This document shows positions 12,300 through 24,819 of a stretch of DNA of 64,000 nucleotides, in pieces. The position numbers and the translations under genes were made by a program. The stretch lies in contig OX597836.1 of the NCBI GenBank assembly GCA_951406725.2, positions 20,770,001 through 20,834,000 of the forward strand, written 5' to 3'. The stretch comes from Octopus vulgaris. Its lineage: Eukaryota. The notes under the pieces are model-generated. The model made no database searches. It worked only from the letters and a program-made list of their open reading frames with translations, and was not told the origin of the DNA. How positions within the stretch are numbered: the first letter of the stretch is position 1; each line of letters opens with the position of its first letter.

Positions 12300-12832
12300 T
12301 ACTATTATTCTTTGGCTTTGCAGATAACTTTGAATCTAAATCACAATATATAGTAGCAGCTTATCAGGATGTAACAGTAATGATCCTCATGATTTGCATA
12401 TAATACATTAATTGGCCATATAGTAAATTAAATTATACAAAGGGAGGGCCAAGAATTGTGCACCAAAATATTCTATATTTCATTTATATAACATTATTAT
12501 TATTCATTTCGTTCATCATTTATAAGAGTATTCATAATTATTTTATGCCATTCAATTTAAGAAACCTTGAAGCATGTCTTTAACAATTCCAGGGATTTTG
12601 TGCATGACTTTTGGCTCACTCTGTATATCATATATAATTCAAAAGCTCATTCTGAATACCAAATGTGTATAATGTAGATAAAGTCACAGTTACTTGAAAG
12701 CCTTAACTGTGGGGGACTGAGGTAAAATGCAAATGTGACTTTAGCTTAGGTGATATATTAACCTTGCCATTCATATTACTAGCCACCTGAACCACCCCAG
12801 GTAGTCTGAACCAGTTATGCCGGGACAACTAT

Positions 12833-13171
12833 AGGCGGTGATCTAGCAGAATCGTTAGCACGCCGGGCGAAATTCTTAGCGGCATTTTCTCCGTCCTTAC
12901 GTTCTGAGATCAAATTCCACCGAGGTCGATTGTGGAGGCGCAATGGCCTAGTGGTTAGGGCAGCGGACTTGCGGTCAGAGGATCGCGGTTTCGATTCCCA
13001 GACCGGGCGTTGTGTGTGTTTATTGAGCGAAAACATCTAAAAGCTCCACGAGGCTCCAGCAGGAGGTGGTGATCCCTGCTGTACTCTTTCACCACTCTAA
13101 AAGGCGGTGCTCCAGCATGGCCGCAGTCAAATGACTGAAACAAGTACAAAAAAAAAAAAAAAAAAAAAAAA
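12833..13171 (+). mobile_element. Chimeric SINE: A head, second tRNA-SINE head, B tail, poly(A)
   Basis: 12833-12929 SINE A 5' part; ~12934-13096 a different tRNA-like head (tggcctagtggttagg...ggtttcgattccc); 13097-13147 SINE B 3' end; A24 at 13148-13171. Confidence 0.8.
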
Positions 13172-14614
13172 GGGGACCCTAATATTGCACCATTTTTAGG
13201 AAGTAAAGATTATTCCCTGCTCTTTTCAATAATTATATCCTTCTTAGATATATAATGAAATATATAAAAAGACACTCACAAAACTGCAAAGATATTACTG
13301 AACATAAAAACAAAAGAAAAGTTTTTAATTTTATATATAACTTAAATTTTAAAGTGACTTCTGAATCACATTGCATACATGTACATGTACACACAAACAC
13401 ACACACACACACACACACACACTGCTGCCAGCACTACCAATATTTTTGTGTCCACTTTGTTTATGTCCTGAAGCATGTTGGTTCCACATAAAAGGCACCC
13501 AGTACACCCTGTGAAGCAGCTGGAATTAGGAAGGGCATCAAGCTGTAGAAACCCTGCCAAAGTAGACAATTGGAACCTGGGTAGTTCCTGTCAAACCATC
13601 CAACCCATGCCAGCTTAGAAAGCAGATGCTAAAAGATGATGACACATATACACATATATACATAAAAAATATACATTATATATCCCCATGCAGTGCTTTT
13701 AGAAGTCAGTTTCATTATTGTGTTTGTGTGTGTATGTGTAGAGGGAGAGAGAGAGAGAGAGAGAGAGAGACCCACACATATACACAGATATGCAAAATAA
13801 GTTAAAGATGCCAAATAAAAGTATTTCAAATTTTAGAAATGCAACTTTGAAGAGATTTCAAAAGGATATTCAAAACTAGAACTTGTTTAAAAGTATTTAT
13901 ATATATATATGTGTTTGTGTGTGTGTGTTTATTTATGTATATATATACACATGCACATCTATCAAGTTATGTAACATCAAATACACATTTAGACTTACGA
14001 AAGAGTACTTAATACATTAAATATATATAAATGTATCTATAATTTCAATACATTAAATACACACAGTAAACTAAAACTTCTATAGAGAAGATATGAGATA
14101 TGCAAACGCACACATGCATGTGTGCGTGTGTGAGTATATATATATATATATATATATGTATATACATACACACATATATGTAAACCATTAAATATAATAT
14201 ATATTATGAATAAAAACTTAAGGAGAATATTGGTGATCTGTCTCTGCAAGAATCTATTCAATAAAACATATATATTGTATCTCATTCTCTGATTTAGAAA
14301 GCTCAACAAAATAACGAAGATATATTTTCTCCTTACAACAAACTTATACATTTATTTATTATTTCTTTTTCTTCTTCTTCTTGGTATTACAGAATATTAA
14401 TTCAAAACAGCTGTAGTAAGAGTAAACAACATGGAGGTAGGCTCTAAGGAGACCATATTTTCAACTTAGTTTTCATTCGTATCTCAACCAACCCATCTGA
14501 GATTGAGTTTGGTTCCATCATATGGTGTTCCTCATTTTCAAGTGCTCATACATGAGCCCACAGTAATTTTAAGTAAAACCCAAAACATTTTTCTCCAGTT
14601 TTGTTCCAAACAGG

Positions 14615-15005
14615 TTTATCTTTTAACTGTTTCACTCATTAGATTGTGGCCATGCTGGGGCAAAGTGTTGAAGGATTTTCAGTTAAATGCATCAACTCCA
14701 GTACTTCTTTTCTTAAAGTCTGGTACTTATTTTATCGGTCTCTTTTGTTCAGTCACCAAATTGTGAGGATGTAAACACACTAACATTGGTTATTGGCAAG
14801 GGATAAACACACATACACACACACACACATGTATATAAATATATACAATGAACTTCTTTCAGTTTCTGTCTACCAGATCCACTCACAAGGCTTTGGTTAA
14901 CCTGAGGCTATAGAAAAGACCTGCCCAAGATGCCACACAATGGGACTGAACTGGGAACCATGTGGTTGGGAAGCAAACTTCTTACCACACAGCACACCTA
15001 TACCT
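14615..15005 (-). mobile_element. SINE family B, diverged
   Basis: Reverse complement of the B consensus (cttctttcagtttctgtctacca, ccactcacaaggctttgg, aaccatgtggttgggaagcaa). Confidence 0.82.
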
Positions 15006-15211
15006 ATAATGAAAAGTAAATTATTTTATTTTGACTTGTCCAAATTCATGATTACTTCCAGAATTAATTGAAACATGTTAGTAGTGTATTTCATTAAAAG
15101 TATGTCCACGAAATGGTTAAATAGTCCAAGTTCACAAATTGACAATATTTCGTCCAATGTGATAATGATTCTGTCAGTTTGCCATGTTAATAATAATAAT
15201 AATAATAATAA

Positions 15212-15420
15212 TCCTTTCTACTACAGACACAAAGCCTGAAATTTTGAGGGAAGGAGATAGTTGATTACATTGACTCCAGTGCTCTACTGGTACTTATTTT
15301 ATCAACCCCAAAAGGGATGAAAGGCCAAGTCAACCACAGCAGAACTTGAACTCAGAACGTAATGACGGATAAAATGCTGCTAAGCATTTTGCCTGGCGCT
15401 CTAACAATTCTGCCAGCTCA
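15212..15420 (-). mobile_element. SINE family A, diverged
   Basis: ctggtacttattttatcaacccc...ggatgaaagg...gaactcagaacgtaa...ttctgccagctc. Confidence 0.82.
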
Positions 15421-17149
15421 ATCTCAGAAATTCAGAAAAATTCACTGTTTCATTCTACTGCTCATAGTATGGTGCGTGTGTGTGTGTGCATGCACGCGCA
15501 CATGCACGCGCACATGCACGCATGCATTCCTTTAGGTTTTTTACTTTTGAATAATTCAAGCTAGTTACTAACAAAGTGGTAAGATTCTTTTGTTTAAATC
15601 AAGACAGCTTTTGGGAGTTTGTGGTTATCTAAATTGGCTAGTGTCTGCATTATATATATGTGTATATATGTGTGTGTGTGTGTGTGTGTGTTCAAATGAA
15701 ATTATGGATGTGCACATTGCTTTAGTACACAAGTGTGTGTGCTTCATTACTTTTTATATGTGCATATTCTGTGTACTATATATCTGCACGTATGTATATA
15801 TATGCACATGTGCATGTTTATAAATACATTCATTTAAAAATAGCAACATCAATTTATGCTACAATGCATACAATCAATGCTAAGTGCAAGGAACCAGCAA
15901 CTGACATACTTCGACTGAGTGCACCATGCCCACCTCTGCAAAGGATCTACAGGCATATGAATCAAGGAAGGAACTTATGCATGGTTGCATGCCTTGCTGG
16001 AAATAGCAACCAAATCTCTCTAAAAACCACATTTTTCCATCTTAAAAAAAAGGAAGGATGCACTCAACAATGAACATTAATTTGTTTGAATCAATTGAAC
16101 AATCAACTCTTTACATTAAAAGTGTTAGAGGTGTTCAACTAATGTAATTCCCAAGCCAAAATCAATTATGTCACACTGTGATTCAGAAGGTCAGTATGAC
16201 TTTTGAACTACAGATACAATCCACCCAATGGGCTTCTTCACAGTTTCCATCAAACAAATTTCACTCACAAAGTTTGAGTGTCGCTGAGAACTATGGTAAA
16301 AAAAAACATTTGACTAAGATACCACACAGTAGAATTGAACTCAGAACCTCAAGGTTGCTAAGTGATCTTTGTATCCAATACATTGATGACATAGTTCTAA
16401 AGAGATTCTCCTGAAGATGATAAGGAACTGGGGTTAAACCACAGTGACAACAACAACAAGCATACCGAAACAGATTGGACATTGTCAAGTTAAGGGTGTC
16501 ACATTGCAACTTAAAACAATTAACTCTTTCATATCAGAGTATGTGGTGTTGTTGTAGGTGTGCTAAAGGAGATGGAGGAGGGTGAGAAGGGGAGGGAGAT
16601 AAAGAGGGGGTGAGATAGAGGGGAAGATGAAATGAGGAGAGGAGTAGGAGGTGGATGGCGGGAGGAGAAAAAATGAAAGAGTAGAAGGGAGAAGAGCAGG
16701 AGGATGAAAGAAAAGAGGAGGAGGAAGAGAAAGAAGAGGAGGAGAAGAAGATAAGGAAGCATGGCCTGTCTTGACCGATGGATGCCTGGTTCCCACAATG
16801 AGATATATAAAGTCAACCATTTTGAACTTGGGACTACACAACACCAAGGTACATCTAGAGGACCAGTTTCCTTTTTACTCTCTCAAATTGAAAATTACAA
16901 TGTCTAGTAACAATGGCCTATAATTCTTACCAAGCAATTCACAAAGTTCCAAAGATACCACTAGGTTTTGTTGTTGCTTAACCCCAGGTCAGTATTGTTG
17001 GAGCAGACCTACGATCAAAGAAATTCCAACCATTCTGGGAGTAGTATGTCTAAGACAGGTATTCGCAAACTTTTTTTTTTGAAATGGTTCACTTTTGAGT
17101 TTAATACATTTGCCAATGGCCCAGGTGCACACACACACACACAAACCTT

Positions 17150-17485
17150 TTATCTTTTGTTTCAATCAAACTAATTCACTCCAGTACTTAGTTTCTTTTT
17201 AAGCCTGGTACTTATTCCCCCAGTCTCTTTTGCTGAACCACTAAGTTACATGAAGTAAACACACAAACACTGGTTGTCAAGCAGTGGTGGGCAAGCACAA
17301 AGACCCCACACACAGACACATGCATAAACAATGGGCTTCTTTTAGTTTATGTCTACCAAATTCATTCACAGGGCTTTGGTTGGCTCAAAGACAATTGGCC
17401 AAGGTGTCACTCAGTGGGACTGAACTTGGGACCATATTGTTGGGAAGCAGATCCCTTACCACACAGCACAGCCATGCCCATGCCT
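17150..17485 (-). mobile_element. SINE family B, diverged
   Basis: Similarity to the reverse complement of the B consensus. Confidence 0.72.
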
Positions 17486-17504
17486 ATATATATGTATATA
17501 TAAT

Positions 17505-17720
17505 AATAATTTGAGGGAATATTATTCCTAACTTACAGGGAAAAATTCAATTTAGAAATACAAAATCAAATATAATATAATATATAATATAATACACCAC
17601 CTTTTATCAATTATTATTTTTATCTTATATTTAATATTTCTATTATATGTAATTTTCTAGATGGTGTAATTTAATTTTTCATTTTGAATTGATAAAAGGT
17701 GTTTTTTTCTAATTTATATA
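17505..17720. repeat. Unclassified AT-rich dispersed repeat (family E, copy 1)
   Basis: aataatttgaggg.atattattcc.aacttacagggaaaaattcaatttagaaatac ... ttttctagatggtgtaatttaatttt also at 28206-28378; both copies are flanked by (TA)n. Confidence 0.8.
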
Positions 17721-17767
<47 letters not shown>

Positions 17768-18334
17768 ATATCCTCCAGGTAATCATCCACATCCATTTCC
17801 ATCACTGACAATATTTATGTAAGCCCAAATTAAATAAACCTGGAAAATTCTTCAGGCCCACAGATGTAATCCCAGTAGCCCACCAAATGCTAACTGCTTG
17901 TCCAATGAATTCTGTCTTTTATCAAAGCAATAAGGTTTGATGTGAAGGAGCTTTAGCTGCTATTTCTAGTAGGTCAGCAACCACACAGAGGCTCCTGCAT
18001 TTGGTCTGATGGTGCCACAGGTTGATTTCCTACATTATTTGATTAAGTCATAATTTAGAGAACAAAAAGAGAAAGAAAAAATCTAAGAAAATCTATTGGA
18101 AAGCAACTGTTGTATACAATTAATTATGATTCTTCTTATCAAAGAAGAAAAGAAGAGATAGAATCAATAGAGTTGTCCTTCCATATCTATGAATGCAATC
18201 ATTAATTAACTAATCAGCTAAACTAATTGAAATAGCATGAAAAGCATGCCAGATTAACTTCAAGAAAGTATCACATCATCATCGTTGTTGTCATCATCCA
18301 CTTTTCCATGCTTGCATGGGTTGGACATGTCTTT

Positions 18335-18910
18335 TCCAAGACACAGCATCTTGCCATTTGTTGCACTCCTTTGTGAGGTTTGGTGCGGCCTGTGTCTGTT
18401 ATGATGGTCCCAGTTGTCATCTCATCAAAACAGCACCGTCAGTGACTGGACACCCTGGTGTGCAAATGTTTCTTCGCTGCAGACTGTACTTCTGGGCTAT
18501 CCCAACACTGCTGGAGCTACAGTTCCCCCCTCTGCTCCATTCATCAGTCTCTCCTGTATAGGGTGTTCATTAGGACCCAAACCTGGAGAATATGGTAGGG
18601 AGCACATGTTGCCCAGGCAGTGCATCCCCTCTCTCCAACTCACTGATGGATCCAAAGGAACAGCAGGGTCATTACAATTTGGTACCAACATTATCGCAAG
18701 AGTTGCCTAAACAAGGTTGTAAGCAATGTTAAACAGTTTCAGAGGCTCCGACTCCTGATTTTTCCTCAGGGTTTACTCCTGAAACATTTCCATGGTTGCA
18801 AGGCAGTAGAAGCTGGGAATTAGGGCTTTCCTTACCCTAAATATGATACCCTACCACCACCACCACCACCACCACCACCACCACCACCAGGTTAACAAAC
18901 TCCATCATTT
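18335..18910 (-). mobile_element. Probable RTE-clade LINE 5' region relic
   Basis: GC-richer block with ttcctcagggtttactcc, gcaaggcag, gctttccttaccct motifs that resemble reverse-complemented RTE 5' UTRs; recognised from memory only. Confidence 0.4.
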
Positions 18911-19069
18911 GTGAAGCTTAACATCCTGAGATCAGCTGAAATTTTTGCATAGGGATTAGTTGATTATATCAGCCCCAGTACTTGACTGGTACATTATTTC
19001 ATCAACCTTGATAGGATGAAAGGCAAAGCTAACCTCTACTGCCCAAATGAGGCAATATTCTGAAATAGC

Positions 19070-19103
<34 letters not shown>

Positions 19104-19199
19104 TAGTAATAATAATAAACTAAAAGTAATAATAATCTCTGCATTGAATTTTTGTAATAACTTGTAAATAATTCCCGAGATGGAAAGTACATCAAACCT

Positions 19200-19445
19200 A
19201 TGTGATGCTGCTGTTGATGGTAATGACAACAATGATGAAGATAATAACAATGACTATTACTGTGATAGTGGTGATGATAAAGATGATGTTGATAACAATG
19301 AGGATGGTGATGATGATGACAACAATGATAATGATGGTGATGATGATGACAACAATGATAATGATGGTGGTGGTGGTGATGACAGTGACAATGACGATGT
19401 TGATGGAAGTGGTGATGACAACACTGACAGTGGTGGTGGTGATAA
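19200..19445. repeat. Cryptic (GAT/GAC/AAT/GGT) trinucleotide repeat
   Basis: Degenerate triplet tract, open in several frames on both strands. Confidence 0.85.
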
Positions 19446-19592
19446 GAGGGAGGGGTCTAAAACCAAGAACCTAATTAAATATCAAAAATAAAAAGACCAT
19501 TACTGACTGTCAAAGTAAGCAAAGACAATTATCAAAGAGTGGTGGTCAGTAGTGAAGGGCTTTAACTCAGTAAAAAAACATATAAAGTTGTA

Positions 19593-19860
19593 CTTGTTGT
19601 TGTTTAACCCCAGGTTAACCCCGAACAAGGAGTCCTAAAACCAAAAGCATTCCAACTATGACAACACTCTTGTGTTATTTTTAATTTTTAAGGCACGAGC
19701 TGTTTAGTACTACAGTATCAAATTAGTGTTTCATTGTTTTTAAAACAGTAAGATATGATTTGAGCGAGATTTGACTGGTAGTCCAAGCATATCAAGATGC
19801 ATGTGATCTGGCTACTTTTGACAGCAGATTGGCTAGCCACAAAGAGGCTTTGTTCATTTG
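19593..19860 (-). mobile_element. Old SINE-like family H with (AAC)n tail
   Basis: ttgttgttgtttaaccccaggt...gcattcca...tgatttgag..agattt..ctg; related copies at ~1-150, 16970, 29535, 56540, 59130 and 60075. Confidence 0.6.
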
Positions 19861-19959
19861 TTAAGTTGGTGTTGTTTAACTAAAAGTCACACATGATTGA
19901 AAAGACTGATTAAAGCAGTCCAATTACGACCATGCCATCGTTTCATCTATTCTTTCTTC

Positions 19960-20310
19960 TATGCTTTTACTGGTTTCAGTTGTTGGAGTATGGCCATGCT
20001 GGAGCAATAACATGAAGAGTCAGCAAGCTGGCCTCAGTATTTGTTTTAAGTCAGGTACTTAATCTATCAGTCTCTTTCTTGCTAAGTTATGGGGACATAA
20101 ACATACCAACCCTGGTTGTGAAGCAGAGAGACAAGCACAAACAAGTACAAACATACATTACAAGCTTCAGTACAGTTTTTAACAACAAATTTGCTCAGAA
20201 GGAATTGATTGACCCAGGGTCAGAAGATACTTGCCCAAGATGCCATGCAATGGGACTAAACCCCAAACCAGTTAGTTGTGAATTAAATTTTTTAACTACA
20301 CTGCCATGCC
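19960..20310 (-). mobile_element. SINE family B, diverged
   Basis: tggccatgctggagca ... gaagatacttgcccaagatgccatgcaatgggact. Confidence 0.72.
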
Positions 20311-21207
20311 CTTCATTAACAAAAGAGTCATTCTCTTCTCACACTGGTAGGATGTTAGCTTGAGAGGAATCTAGGTTCTATTTCTAGCTTGCTGAGTGAC
20401 CACACAGAGGCTGCATCTTTGACTTATAGTTTGTTGTTGTTGGTGGCGGTGGTTGTGGTGAAAATGATAGATGGTGATGTTTTCATTTTTCATAGTTTAT
20501 CAATAACCTCTTGTCTGTTCCAGATAGATGGTCATATGCAGAGAGGGGGAAGAAAGGAGGGAAGATGAAGAGGGAGAGATAGAGAGAGAGAGAAGATGAG
20601 AAAATGGTCCTCAAGTGTCCACACTGGTGCCATCCTGACTCAATCAATAATTTACACATTAAGTGGGCTGTTTGTTTGCAGCAGGGTAGGTTTATTGTGT
20701 ATGGTGTGGTATTAGGACCCTCATGGGATACTCCAAAGATGACTTGTTACAACTCTGAGATCTATTTTTATTAAGATGTTACTTTATATGGTAGTGTGAT
20801 AAATGTGATAAAAACTTTCAGTCCCATTCATAATGTCCCTTTCTGTGTTCTAAGAGCAAATTCTGGTGTGATTAACTTCACTGGGATCAGTAAAATAAAG
20901 GGCAGTCAAGAAACAGGGTCAATTCTATTGAAGAAAACCTTTCCCATACAGATTTAGAGCCATGAAACAAAGAAACAGTTATCATTAGAACATGCCTCAC
21001 ACTATTTGCTTCAGTTCTTTCTGTTCTGAGTTCAAATCCTGCTGAGGTCAAATTTGCCATTGGTCCTTTCAGAAATAAAAGTACTAGGGTCAATGTAGTC
21101 AACTTACCCCATCCCCTCAAAATTGCTGGTCTTGTACCAAAATTAGAAACAATAATAATAATCATTATTACTGTTGTTATCAATAGTAATAATATTACTG
21201 TTGTTAT

Positions 21208-21606
21208 AGGTGTAGGAGTGGCTGTGTGGTAAGTAGCTTGCTTACCATCAACATAGTTCCAGGTTCAGTCCCACTGCGTGGCACCTTGGGCAAGTGTCTT
21301 CTGCTATAGCCTCAGGCTGACCAAAGCCTTGTGAGTGGATTTGATAGACGGAAACTCGAAGAAGCTCATCGTATATATGTATATGTATATATGTGTGTGT
21401 TTGTATCAGTGTTTGTCCCCCCCCAAAATCGCTTGACAACCAATGCTGGTGTGTTTACGACCCCGTAACTTAGCGGTTTGGCAAAAGAGACTGATAGAAT
21501 GAGTACCAGGCTTACAAAGAATAAGTCCTGGGGTCGATTTGCTTGACTAAAGGTAGTGCTCCAGTATGGCCACAGTCAAAAGACTAAAACAAGTAAAAGA
21601 GTAAAA
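21208..21606 (+). mobile_element. tRNA-derived SINE family B, full length
   Basis: A-box tggctgtgtggtaag, B-box ggttcagtccc, CORE-like accttgggcaagt, internal (TA/TG)n, tail aaacaagtaaaagagtaaaa. Confidence 0.92.
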
Positions 21607-21741
21607 TCACCACCACCACCACTACTACAACTACTACAATATCAAAAGACTAGTTCTTATTTCTACTAATTATTGTACCTTTGCTCTATATTGTCATATA
21701 TTTTTAAAATCTGTTTTACATGTATTACATTTTTTCCTTAT

Positions 21742-21931
21742 AGGCGCAGGAGTGGCTGTGTGTTAAGTAGCTTGCTTACCAACCACATGGTTCCAGGTTC
21801 AGTCCCACTGCATGGCACCTTGGGCAATTGTCTTCTACTATAGCCTCAGGCCAACTAAAGCCTTGTGAGTGGATTTGGTAGACGGAAACTGAAAGAAGCC
21901 CATCGTATTAGATATATATATATATAGATAG

Positions 21932-21963
<32 letters not shown>

Positions 21964-22188
21964 GTGTTTATGTTTTATGTGTCTGTGTTTGTCCCCACCA
22001 ACATCGCTTGACAACCGATGCTGGTGTGTTTACATCCCCATAACTTAGCGATTCGGCAAAAGAGACCAATAGAATAAGAACTACGCTTCGAAAGAATAAG
22101 TCCTGGGTTGATTTGCTTGACTAAAGGCGGTGCTCCAGCATGGCCGCAGTCAAATGAGTGAAACATGTAAAAGAGAATAAAAGAGAAT
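21742..22188 (+). mobile_element. tRNA-derived SINE family B, full length
   Basis: High identity to 21208-21606 and to the reverse complement of 49058-49489. Confidence 0.92.
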
Positions 22189-22911
22189 ATACCTTCCCTT
22201 GTTTACTGTACATGTGTGTGTATGTATATATGTATATATATATATATATATACACACATACATACACACACATTCCAGATATTTGTCATTTTCTATAAAA
22301 AAATTTTGTATGCATATGTAAACATACATGCATGCATAAGGAACTGGTATCCCATGAGAAATGACTATTAGTTTTAACAATAATATTATTAAGTCTATTT
22401 AATTTCTTAGTTTTACAGTTTATTATTATTATTATTATTATTATCATTATTATTATTATTATTAAATTCCACTGAGGTTGACTTTACCTTTCATCCTTTT
22501 ACCTTGATAAATTAAGTACCAGTGAAACACTTGGGGGTTGATGTAATCGACTACTTCCTTCCCCAAAAATTTCAGGCCATGTGCCTTTAGTAGAAAGGAT
22601 TATTAATGTTATTATCCAATAACCTTATTCTTATTGCATACTTTTGCTACACTAGAAAGCTTGGCTCTGTGTGCCTTAGCCACGTGCAGTGTTTTGTTTT
22701 GTTTTCATTTCGTCTTTCTATTTTGACAACCAGTGAAGCCATATTCACGTAATATAGCTGTTCAGCAAAAAGAAACTGATGGAATAAGTACTAGGCTTAA
22801 AATAAATACTGGGGTTGATTTGATCAACTAAACCCTTCAAAGTGGTGCCCCAGTATGGTTGAGTTTAACAACTGAGATATTCATTCTACATAATATGTAA
22901 GCTCTAGATTT

Positions 22912-22943
<32 letters not shown>

Positions 22944-23656
22944 AGGGCAGTGGATTGGCTAAATCATCAGAGCATCTAAGAAAATGCTGCACAGTATTTA
23001 TACAAGCTCTTTATATTCAGAGTTCAAATCCTGCCAAGGTCAATTTTGTCTATTACCTCTCCTTGGGAAAAATTTAGATAAATTGAGAGAACCGATCAAA
23101 GACTGGTTGATTTAAACAACTAATCCAGTTCACCTCAAAATTTCTGGCCTCGTACCAAAATTACAAAAATTATTATTCTTATTAAGGCTGAAAAGATTGG
23201 GGACCAACACTTCCTTCTTCAGTCAGGTCTACATTGACTTTTTCAAGTTCCACTAAAAAAAATATAGTGATAGCAGAGGGATGTGGTGTCTCCCAGCAAA
23301 ATTATGAGAAGGTGGGTGATAGCAGTAAAAAGGTTTGGATTGAAAAGAATTACTCTAAGCATATGAATGTGAATTGGAGAACAACAGTGGTGTGAGGGCT
23401 TGTACCCTTGGTGGTCAGTGTAACCCTTGGTTTGTGGGATTCCTTGACTGGCGTAATTAGTGACATTCCTGTATCATCCATGTGCATTCACATATTTTGT
23501 GTACTATGTTTACTTTTCGTCCTATCTCTCTCCTCCTCAATATTTCTTCCGGTAATATTTTTATGTAAACTTCTACACAAATCATAAACTCTCCATGTTA
23601 CATTTCTCTCATCAGATACCTCTGTGCCAAATAAAAGAAATAATTATTTTTATCAT

Positions 23657-23870
23657 TAGGTGGCAAGCTGGCAGAATCGCTAGCATGCTAGACGCAATGC
23701 TTAGTGGCATTTCATTTATCTTCACATTGTGAGTTCAAATTCTCCCAAAGGTTGACTTTGCTTTTCATCCTTTCGGGGTTGATAAAATAATTACCAGTTG
23801 AGCACTGGAGATGATGTATTCAACTTACCCCAACCTCCAAACTTGCTGGATTTGTGCCAAAATTTGAAAC
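23657..23870 (+). mobile_element. SINE family A, diverged
   Basis: aggtggcaagctggcagaatc head; gactttgcttttcatcctttcggggttgataa. Confidence 0.82.
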
Positions 23871-24764
23871 CGTTATTATTATTATTATTGATGCTATGTA
23901 AAAAGCAACAGTGCTGGTGCCATATAAAAAGCAGCCAATATACTCTGTAAAGTGGTTGATGCTAGGAAGGACATCCAGCTGTAGAAAAACCAAACAAAAA
24001 CAGACTATGGAACCTGGTACAGCCCTAACCATGCCAGTTCCTATCTAGCAGTCTAATCCAAGCCAGCATGGAAAACAAACAGGTGTTAAATGTTGATGAT
24101 GATGATGTGGATCTTATTTACAGTTAGAACTAACTACACTGGAGTGATGAAGTTGTTCATATATTTCTGAGATACCTAGTGATAGTTAGAGCCATCTGGG
24201 ACCTGTGAGTTGCTCCAGCACTCTGTGGTGATTTGAATCAATCAAGAATCAAGTGTTCTGTCCATAGATATGATAACAGAGTGTTGGAAACAGGATACTA
24301 AATACTGATCTCGCAGCAGTCTGTCCTATATCCTAATCAACTGGCCATTCACATCTTCCGTATAATGCTAGGATGGGTGGGGATTAAATAAAAACAAACA
24401 ATAATCAACAATAGAACAAACCAAAGTGGGAGCATCTATGTTACCATTCAACGTGATAAAAATAGCAGCTAAATCTCCCTCAGATCATACTTGTTTTCTT
24501 GGGGTGGGGGTGAAGACACACGAGATATCATTGTCTGAAGTTATGCTATGTCTGAAAAAGTCAAGGTGGTTGCAGCTTTCAACCAGACACACTGGATCTG
24601 GGTCAATTTTGGACAAAACAACAGCAACATCAATAATGAAGATGCAATTTTTAAAAAATTATTTAAAAAAAAGTAAATAACATATATATATATATATATA
24701 TATATAAATATATATATTTATGTAACATTTATAATTAAAAGCAAAAAAAAAAAGAATCACTTAC

Positions 24765-24819
24765 TCCAATCAACATCTTGGTAAGTCCGAATTACTTTTT
24801 GAGGCAATTTATGTTTCAT
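24765..24819 (-). CDS. Candidate alternative first coding exon (MKHKLPQKVIRTYQDVDW, phase-1 donor)
   Basis: ATG at 24819 with an in-frame upstream TAA; 18 codons plus 1 nt, then a perfect GTAAGT donor. Same exit phase as exon 37826-37972; upstream ~2 kb is free of TEs. Confidence 0.5.

Noticed and set aside
12934-13010. tRNA-like sequence with A and B boxes
   Set aside because: It runs into SINE body sequence and lacks a proper acceptor stem; it is a SINE head, not a tRNA gene.
15480-15530. Clusters of TGCATG (Rbfox motif) here and throughout
   Set aside because: They arise naturally from decaying (TG)n/(CA)n repeats and occur on both strands.
19180-19491. Asp/Asn-rich ORF resembling an acidic biomineral protein (also 42325-42717)
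   Set aside because: Cryptic triplet repeat open in several frames, with no signal peptide or splice support.
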